Shown: piece after piece, positions 57,466 to 64,000 of the stretch
How the letters are laid out: the number at the start of each line of letters is the position of its first letter
Position numbering within the stretch: position 1 is the stretch's first letter
Position numbers and translations under genes: made by a program
Assembly (NCBI GenBank): GCA_965263035.1
Contig: OZ253580.1
Span: 5,024,001 to 5,088,000, forward strand
Direction of reading: 5' to 3'
From: Acidobacteriota bacterium
Lineage (GTDB): Bacteria; Acidobacteriota; UBA6911; RPQK01; JAJDTT01
DNA length: 64,000 bases
The notes under the pieces: generated by a model
Database searches by the model: none
Told to the model about the DNA's origin: nothing
The model's input: the letters and a program-made list of their open reading frames with translations, nothing else

Positions 57466-59979
57466 ATGTGGAAGTACTTCCTGCACCTGGCTGCGCTCGC
57501 CAGTCTGTCGCTGGCTCAACCGATCTTTGATCTCCTCTCTCAATTCCCCCAGTTTCTCGTCGCGCATCACGCCGGACTCTTGGAGGTGCTGCTGCTCGTC
57601 CTCCTCCTGACCCTCCTCGTGCCGGGATCGGTGGTGGCCTTGGAATCATTCCAGGACCGGATCATGGGCGCCCGTTACAGGCTTCCAGGCACGGGTATCG
57701 CTCTGTTTGTATTTCCTCTCGCCCTGCTCATCCTGAAACTCCTCGAAGGGATTCCGGGAACGCTGCTGGTCGGCGCTGCAGTGCTGCTGGCGTGGCTCAG
57801 TCGCCGCGCCTATCTTCGTATTCGGCCTGTTCGGGTGTACCTGACGATTCTGTCGCCGGCGATTCTCATCGTGCCGATCCTGTTCCTGACCGGACCCTCG
57901 GTTCAAAGAATCATCACTCCCGCCAAGCCGCAGGGCGTCGCGCTCGCGAATGGACAGACAGATACCCCGATCGTCATGGTTGTCTTCGACGAACTGCCCC
58001 TTCGATCTCTCCTTGATCGCCGGGGTGCCATCGATTCGGTACGTTTTCCCAATTTCGCCGATCTGGCCGGTCGAGCCAACTGGTACCGGCGCACGACCTC
58101 CGTTTCCTACTCTACCCAATACGCTTTACCGGCCATCCTGACCGGAAATCTCCCGCAGGCAGACCATTCGTTTCTCCCTACCCTGGCCCACTATCCGGAC
58201 AATCTCTTCACTTGGCTTCGAAACTCTCACCGGCTCAATATTTCCGAGTCGATCACTCACCTCTGCCCCGACTGTCCGGAGTCCAAACCCGATCACCTGC
58301 GAAGAGCGTTTCGGCTGCTGGTGGATCTCCCGGTGATTTATCTTCATCTCGTTCTGCCCGAGGATCTCACGACGGGGTTGCCCGACATCCGTTATGGCTG
58401 GACCGTGCCGAATCAGCAGAGATGGCGGTTGGGCCACCCCGTCCGACAGTTCGAAGCCTTTTTGGAGTCTCTTCCGGAAAAGGGCGAGCCCAGTCTGAAT
58501 TTCATCCATGTGCAGATTCCTCATCTGCCCTGGATCTACCTTCCTTCGGGTAAGCGCTATCTATCGGGAGGGGACATGAGCTTGTTCACGAAGAGGGATA
58601 TCTGGACCCGAGACGAAACGCTGGTGACGCTGGCGTTCCAGCGCCATCTGCTACAGGTAGGTTTGGCCGACCGGCTCCTGGGCCAGCTGCTCCGGAAGCT
58701 GAAAGTTGAACGTCTCTACGACCGGAGCCTTATTATCGTCGTATCGGACCATGGAGTCGATTTCCAGCCCGGTGGGAACCGGAGAAAAATAACCGAGGCC
58801 AACTTCAAGGACCTTCTGACGGTGCCGCTTCTGATCAAAACTCCTTATCAGAAACTGGGCCGGGTATCGGATCGGCCCACACGCACCACCGACATCTTCC
58901 CCAGCATTGCCGAGATCCTGCGAGTTCCGACGCCGTGGCCGACCGATGGAATCTCGGTCAACGAAACTGCGATGACCAAGGAAAGAGATCAGGCGCCGAC
59001 TTCCCTCATCACGGTTCCTCCGTCCAAGTTTCTACATTATCGAACGACCGTTTGTTTGGAAGGAATGACGTTCGAAGTAAGGCAGGACGGGGCTTGGGCC
59101 CATTTGGGGCAAGTGATAGAACGCGGAGACAAGATCATTTTTTGGGGCTGGGCGGCAGACATGGAGACCTTGGAACCGGCCGAATCCATCCTAGTGTTCG
59201 TCAATGATGAACTGATCTTCCAAGGGATGACCCGGCACCCACGGCCGGATGTGGCCAAGTCCTTCAAAGCAGCGGAGCTGGAGGATTCCGGATTCTATCT
59301 CGAGCTTGGCCGGGACCTCTTCCAGGGAAGCCCGACAGTGCGTTGCTTTGCCGTTCTTGGGGATCGAATCCGCGAGGTGCAATATCCGCTCAGTTTCCCA
59401 TGGCCTATAGAACCGAAGCCGAATCGGGAAGAAACTCACTCCTCCAATTTCGATGGGACCTGTTGCATCGATCAGAAGCCGGCGCATTCTTTTCTGATCA
59501 CTCGCTCGCTGAGCCCGGAGACCCTGCGGGAAAGCCCTGGTTCCAGTGAATTTGAGACGGGTCTTCGCGAACTGGCCTGGGATTCGGGTCCGGACGGCGT
59601 GTTTACAATGGGCCCTGCTGACTCACTGCTCGGGAAGCCGCTGGATCAGTTGCGTGTGACCGTACGGACGGGACTGAGAATCGAATTGGATCAGCCCTCA
59701 CTCTACGAGAGGGTTCGACTCGATGATGACTTCATTCCGGCGGCGATCGAAGGTTGGGTCTCGGCAACGGATGCCAAATATGTGGCTATTGGCTTAAACG
59801 GAACTCTCAGGGCCGTTGCCCCGACGTTCGAGGGTCCCGACGGCCGGCATCGTTTCCAGGCTATCGTGCCGGAATCCGCCTTTCTGAATGGCGCCAACCG
59901 GGTTCGGATGTACGTGGTGGTACAGAAGGAGGGGAAAGTGGTACTGCTTTCCCCTCCCGAGAGCCGCGAGGCACTTTAA
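57466..59979 (+). CDS. multi-TM membrane protein with sulfatase/LtaS-like (alkaline phosphatase superfamily) domain
   Basis: several N-terminal TM helices; VFDEL, STQYALPAILTG, PHLPW, SDHG, RTTDIFPSI. Confidence 0.8.
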   Translation: MWKYFLHLAALASLSLAQPIFDLLSQFPQFLVAHHAGLLEVLLLVLLLTLLVPGSVVALESFQDRIMGARYRLPGTGIALFVFPLALLILKLLEGIPGTLLVGAAVLLAWLSRRAYLRIRPVRVYLTILSPAILIVPILFLTGPSVQRIITPAKPQGVALANGQTDTPIVMVVFDELPLRSLLDRRGAIDSVRFPNFADLAGRANWYRRTTSVSYSTQYALPAILTGNLPQADHSFLPTLAHYPDNLFTWLRNSHRLNISESITHLCPDCPESKPDHLRRAFRLLVDLPVIYLHLVLPEDLTTGLPDIRYGWTVPNQQRWRLGHPVRQFEAFLESLPEKGEPSLNFIHVQIPHLPWIYLPSGKRYLSGGDMSLFTKRDIWTRDETLVTLAFQRHLLQVGLADRLLGQLLRKLKVERLYDRSLIIVVSDHGVDFQPGGNRRKITEANFKDLLTVPLLIKTPYQKLGRVSDRPTRTTDIFPSIAEILRVPTPWPTDGISVNETAMTKERDQAPTSLITVPPSKFLHYRTTVCLEGMTFEVRQDGAWAHLGQVIERGDKIIFWGWAADMETLEPAESILVFVNDELIFQGMTRHPRPDVAKSFKAAELEDSGFYLELGRDLFQGSPTVRCFAVLGDRIREVQYPLSFPWPIEPKPNREETHSSNFDGTCCIDQKPAHSFLITRSLSPETLRESPGSSEFETGLRELAWDSGPDGVFTMGPADSLLGKPLDQLRVTVRTGLRIELDQPSLYERVRLDDDFIPAAIEGWVSATDAKYVAIGLNGTLRAVAPTFEGPDGRHRFQAIVPESAFLNGANRVRMYVVVQKEGKVVLLSPPESREAL

Positions 59980-60024
59980 TCCGGTGTGGAAGTGGCGACC
60001 GGCGAGACAATCTGGGTGTCGAAC

Positions 60025-60519
60025 ATGAAATCCAAAAAGATTCTTTACCTGGCCAATCCGTACGGCTTTTCCCGGCAACTGCAAGAAGGCCCGCTGGCCG
60101 GTCTGGTGGCTGCGCTGGAAGGGATCGGCGCCGAGGTGTGGGAGCCGTTTGCCCGCAACAACCAGATTGACCAATCGAATTCGGGTTGGGCCTACCGGAT
60201 CGGTCAGGCCGATGTCCGAGACGTGAGGGAGGCCGATGGCATCTTCGCCGTGGTCAACGGCTGCCCCCCGGATGAGGGGGTGATGGTGGAACTGGGACTG
60301 GCCATCGCTTGGCAGAAGCCGGTGTTCCTGTTCCGGGACGACTTCCGCCGATGCACCGACAGCGAGACTTACCCTCTCAACCTGATGTTGTTCGCGGGCC
60401 TGCCGGAGACGGGCTGGGAGCACTACTGGTACGAGTCCATTGAAGAAATCGCCGATCCAGGCAAGGCGTTGGTCCAGTGGCTGGAGGGAGTAGAATTTCC
60501 TCCGCCAGCAGCGCGTTGA
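60025..60519 (+). CDS. nucleoside 2-deoxyribosyltransferase family protein
   Basis: YLANPYGFS, DEGVMVELG, YPLNLM. Confidence 0.88.
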   Translation: MKSKKILYLANPYGFSRQLQEGPLAGLVAALEGIGAEVWEPFARNNQIDQSNSGWAYRIGQADVRDVREADGIFAVVNGCPPDEGVMVELGLAIAWQKPVFLFRDDFRRCTDSETYPLNLMLFAGLPETGWEHYWYESIEEIADPGKALVQWLEGVEFPPPAAR

Positions 60520-60564
60520 GCCGCGATGGCGGTGGGGCGCCGGCTCCTGGCAAGTGGGGGACTC

Positions 60565-60627
60565 GGTGGGGGGACTTCCAGTCCCCCTTACCCCCCCCTT
60601 ATCGGCGACTGGAAAGTCGCCGCTCCC
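60565..60627. repeat. inverted pair of REP-like hairpins between convergent genes
   Basis: GGTGGGGGGACTTCCAGTCCCCC and GGCGACTGGAAAGTCGCCGCTCCC; same core as 9655-9723. Confidence 0.7.
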
Positions 60628-60679
60628 AAGCAGAGAAAGAACCGCCGGACGCACTCGTATTCCATGAGAGGAGCTTGGA

Positions 60680-63532
60680 TTACCGGCGGGTGACCCAGAT
60701 CGCCGAGGACCAGGCCATCATCTCGTCTTCCTGGATCACTCTCACGTAGTAGTAGCTGGTTCCCGGTCTGGAGTCCTGGTCCAGGTAGGTCACCGCGGCC
60801 TCACGCTGGTGGGGCCGGGTCTGGTAGACGAATGTGTTGTCCTTGACCACGTCGATCTGGCGGATGGGTCCGGTCCCGATGGCCTTGATTTCCAGCTTCG
60901 GGGTGTCGGAGAGGGTCGTTTCGTCGCCCATGAAGGCGTCGCCGATACGGAAGTCGATGACGATGTTGTCGGTGGAGGCCAGGGTATGGCGCTGTTTCAG
61001 GCCCTGGAAGATCCCTTCCCGCGTGAACTCCGTGGCCCAGACTCCCGCGTAGGACATGTGGGTGGATTCATGGTCGGAACTGGCGATGACGCCGATGCGG
61101 TGTCCGCGGGCCAGGGCGTCCCACAACATGTGGGGTCCTTCGGGCCGGTTCCCCAGGGGACCCCGGCTCTCTTCGGGAAGTGCGTCCGAATGCTCGTAGG
61201 ATCGTCGAAAACCCTGGTACATTTCCAGCACCGGCTGGCTGACCGGATCATGCCATTTCCAGCTCACCCGGGGGCCCAGGGGAGAGTGGGGGATGGAGAT
61301 TCCGTCCGTCCCCTTGAGCCTTTCCCACAGGCCCAGGGGAATGTTGTCCGAAGGGATGCCGACATCGCCGGGGATCAGCTCGCCCCGCCGCTCGGGCCAG
61401 ATCAGGTTGCGGTGTCCCCCCGGATAATTCATGCTCCGCTCGTATCCGAACAGAGACACGAATCGCCCCGGAAACAGGTACATGTCCGCCACCTTCTGGG
61501 TTCGCCACCAGCCATACTCGCCCAGCGCGTCCTCCTTGCCGACGTTCATGGCTCCTTTGGCCACCATGTTGTAGGTCTGGTTGTGGTCCGTGGTGGCCAT
61601 GAAATCCAGTTCCGCCCCGTCCAGCGCGTAGCGGTACTGACCCGAGATGGAGAGGTCGGTCCAACCGTGGCCCACGATGTCGGTGTGGCGATGCAGGTCG
61701 CCGTAATAGAGGCGATAGGTCTTGCCTCCCACCGTGGTCTCGTAGAGCTTGTTGGGCGTGGGCGAGTAACTCGTCTCGGGCGCCGGAGCCGGTACCGGAC
61801 GCAGGTCGCCGGCCCCGCCGGCGGCCGGCGGCGAGGCCAGGCGCGAGGACCAGAGGTCCCACTGTCCCAGGCGCCGGTTTCCGCCCGCGCGGTAGTCGGT
61901 GGAATAGAGCACCCAGACGCTTCCGTCCGGGTGCGCCGCCGCGGGAAACTCCTGAGTCAAGCGCCCGCTGCTGAAGGCCAGTTCCTGCGGCCGGGACCAC
62001 TGCTCTCCGTTGAAATGGACGGCGTACAGGTTCCAAACCTCGTCCGGGTACATGCGGCTGGTCCACTGGCGAAAGATGAGCCAGAGGTTGCCATTCCGCC
62101 CCATCAGGAGCCGCGGCTGTTCCTGGAAGTTCAGAGGCAGATCCAGGAAGCGGCTTCCCGGATCCTGTCCCATCCGGTGCCAGCTCCCCTGACTGCGGCA
62201 ACGGATCCGAATCTTGCGGTCGGAGTGGAGCAGAGTTGCCGCGAAATTGCTCTCCTGAGCGTAGTCCTTGCCCCATTCGGGACCGGATTCTTCCCAGGCA
62301 ACCCAGAGCCGGTCCCGGGAATCGAAGGTAACCGAAGCATTGGCTTCGTAATAACGTGTGGCCGTGACCGGTTCGACGGTTCCTAGACGGCCCCGGGATC
62401 CGATGGTCCTCAGATAGATGTCGTAGTCGCCGTTCCGGTAGGTGTCCCAGACGACGGCGGCCCCCCCCGAGGAATCGACGGCCACGGCTGGGTGCCAGTC
62501 GGTGCCGGGATGCTCGGTGACGCGGATCTCATGCGGCAGCCGCCCGAAATCGGCGATGGAAAGAGCATAGATGTCGGAGTTTCCCTCCCTCAAGCCCTGC
62601 CAGACCAGCCAGTTCCTCCCCCGGCCGTCGGAAGCGGTCACCGGGTTGATGTCGTTGCCCGGGTGCCGGGTGAGCTGTACGGGATTTCCGAGCGACGGTC
62701 TTATCCGGCGGGCCCAGAGGTCGAACTGGTCCTCCGCGAGCTGGTTGTAGATAAGCCAGAGACTCTCGCCAGGCCCCTCGGTGATCAGGGCCGTCCCGTA
62801 GATGGGGTTCCCGCCTGCGTGTGGGATTCGGTGAGGTGGACCCCAGCCGTGCTGACCCAGGGTGGTGGTGTAGAGGTGATCCCCCCCGTCCTGGTATTGG
62901 ATCCAGGCCGCGTGAAGGTGACCGTCCGGACCGACGACGACGGAAGGATAGTCCTCTTCGCCGGATGAGCGAGAAACCGGGAGGGCCGCTGGGGATCTCT
63001 CCACCGAAGCCGCGCCGTCCAGGAACCATGCGGGATCCGTGTCCGGAAGCTGGTCCAGGTCGACCTGGAAATCTCCCTGCACCGTGTTCACGTCCATCCG
63101 AGCCCCAGGAAGCGAGTCCAGCTGCAGCCAGACGCCTACGGGGCGGGTGAGCTTGAAGCCATAGTGGGGCCGTGAGTTCCCGAGTCCCTTGACGGTCCAA
63201 CTCGTGTCCACGTCCGGGCGCTTGGTCCGGACCCTCCAGGCGATCTTCGGTTCCTGGACCACCTCGGAGCCCTCCTCGTTGAAGTTCCAACCCTGGATCC
63301 GGTGGAAATCGCCCCGGTTCAGGTGGGCGATTCCGTTCCAGTCCCGGAGCTCCGCGTCCTTCAGGCCAAGTGAGACCTTCACCGTGAGGGGCAACTGCGA
63401 CGGTTCGAAGGCGGGCGCTGGAGATGAGGCCTGTGCTTGCTTCCCCGCGAACGGAAGCCACTCGGATCCGAAACGGATAACTGCGGCCGCCGCCAGAGCC
63501 AGAATGAGCAGAGCCGAGAGGCGTCGAGTCAT
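60680..63532 (-). CDS. secreted beta-propeller + PHP (DUF3604-like) protein
   Basis: signal peptide; repeated P-x-V/A...W blades; YYGDLHRHT, ATTDH, GGHRN, SIPHS, IASSDHES, YYYVRVIQ. Confidence 0.8.
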   Translation of the reverse strand: MTRRLSALLILALAAAAVIRFGSEWLPFAGKQAQASSPAPAFEPSQLPLTVKVSLGLKDAELRDWNGIAHLNRGDFHRIQGWNFNEEGSEVVQEPKIAWRVRTKRPDVDTSWTVKGLGNSRPHYGFKLTRPVGVWLQLDSLPGARMDVNTVQGDFQVDLDQLPDTDPAWFLDGAASVERSPAALPVSRSSGEEDYPSVVVGPDGHLHAAWIQYQDGGDHLYTTTLGQHGWGPPHRIPHAGGNPIYGTALITEGPGESLWLIYNQLAEDQFDLWARRIRPSLGNPVQLTRHPGNDINPVTASDGRGRNWLVWQGLREGNSDIYALSIADFGRLPHEIRVTEHPGTDWHPAVAVDSSGGAAVVWDTYRNGDYDIYLRTIGSRGRLGTVEPVTATRYYEANASVTFDSRDRLWVAWEESGPEWGKDYAQESNFAATLLHSDRKIRIRCRSQGSWHRMGQDPGSRFLDLPLNFQEQPRLLMGRNGNLWLIFRQWTSRMYPDEVWNLYAVHFNGEQWSRPQELAFSSGRLTQEFPAAAHPDGSVWVLYSTDYRAGGNRRLGQWDLWSSRLASPPAAGGAGDLRPVPAPAPETSYSPTPNKLYETTVGGKTYRLYYGDLHRHTDIVGHGWTDLSISGQYRYALDGAELDFMATTDHNQTYNMVAKGAMNVGKEDALGEYGWWRTQKVADMYLFPGRFVSLFGYERSMNYPGGHRNLIWPERRGELIPGDVGIPSDNIPLGLWERLKGTDGISIPHSPLGPRVSWKWHDPVSQPVLEMYQGFRRSYEHSDALPEESRGPLGNRPEGPHMLWDALARGHRIGVIASSDHESTHMSYAGVWATEFTREGIFQGLKQRHTLASTDNIVIDFRIGDAFMGDETTLSDTPKLEIKAIGTGPIRQIDVVKDNTFVYQTRPHQREAAVTYLDQDSRPGTSYYYVRVIQEDEMMAWSSAIWVTRR

Positions 63533-63972
63533 GGGAAGATCGCTTGAACGAGGCTATTCGGTCGCGGCAGGCAGTGTCAAGGAGGCGCCAAGCCCAACGT
63601 TGCCTGTTCGGGATGGTTCCGAGACCGCCTGTTTTTCTTTTGGATCTTCTCCTCAGAGTTCATGGCTGGCGGCAGGCAGTCGTTTAATCCCAGATTATTC
63701 ACCACGCAAACATAAAATGAGCAAGCGTGCCCGTCATGTCGAGTCGGATCAGAGGGTTACCGGATACCCACAGAAAACGGCTGAGACCCGACCTGGGTGA
63801 AACGCTATCTTTGTTTTCAACGTCGGTTTAAACTCAGGATTCAAGGGGGGCCGAAAGCCAAGAAATTCCACGGTTTTCGTCCCCTCCAAGGGCGGCATAA
63901 AGAGGCGGCGTGCCCGTCATTTGTGGTATAGTTATGGTGTTACAAAAACAACCACAATAAACGGAGCACGCC

Positions 63973-64000
63973 ATGCCTGAGACGATACCGCAGATCCGGC
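63973..64000 (+). CDS. 5' end of a gene truncated by the window edge
   Basis: GGAG at 63963-63966 before ATG CCT GAG ACG; TGnTATAGT extended -10 near 63924-63932. Confidence 0.45.

Noticed and set aside
63905-64000. NrdR boxes before a ribonucleotide reductase gene
   Set aside because: Poor match to the consensus and only nine codons of the gene are visible.

Overview
High-GC bacterial window. Its gene content (many Tat/Sec-exported Gfo/Idh/MocA, PHP, DUF1501 and DUF1549/DUF1553 proteins) suggests an Acidobacteriota/PVC-like heterotroph; this is an inference. Positions 1-22 kb hold a catabolic cluster: gluconolactonase, DUF187-like glycoside hydrolases, a peptide-type ABC transporter, oxidoreductases, PLP enzymes, an ornithine cyclodeaminase homologue, a B12 radical SAM protein and a tandem-duplicated FBP aldolase/phosphatase. 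Positions 23-38.6 kb are a mobile/defence island with a DUF4338-IS4 element, a HigBA toxin-antitoxin pair and a four-layer nest resolvable to the base. In that nest, an Avs-like nuclease-STAND gene is split by an IS1380 element (CTAG duplication). A group II intron sits in the IS terminal repeat (EBS1/EBS2 match that end), and the intron RT gene is split at the PQG-x-x-ISP motif by a 2.2-kb large-serine-recombinase element with inverted att arms. Positions 38.6-64 kb carry exported hydrolases and cytochrome-c-domain proteins, a P1B-ATPase fused via a His-heptad linker to an HflK domain (followed by hflC and hflK), recQ, a sulfatase-fold membrane protein and an NDT. Family calls come from motif recognition by eye; no database searches were run.
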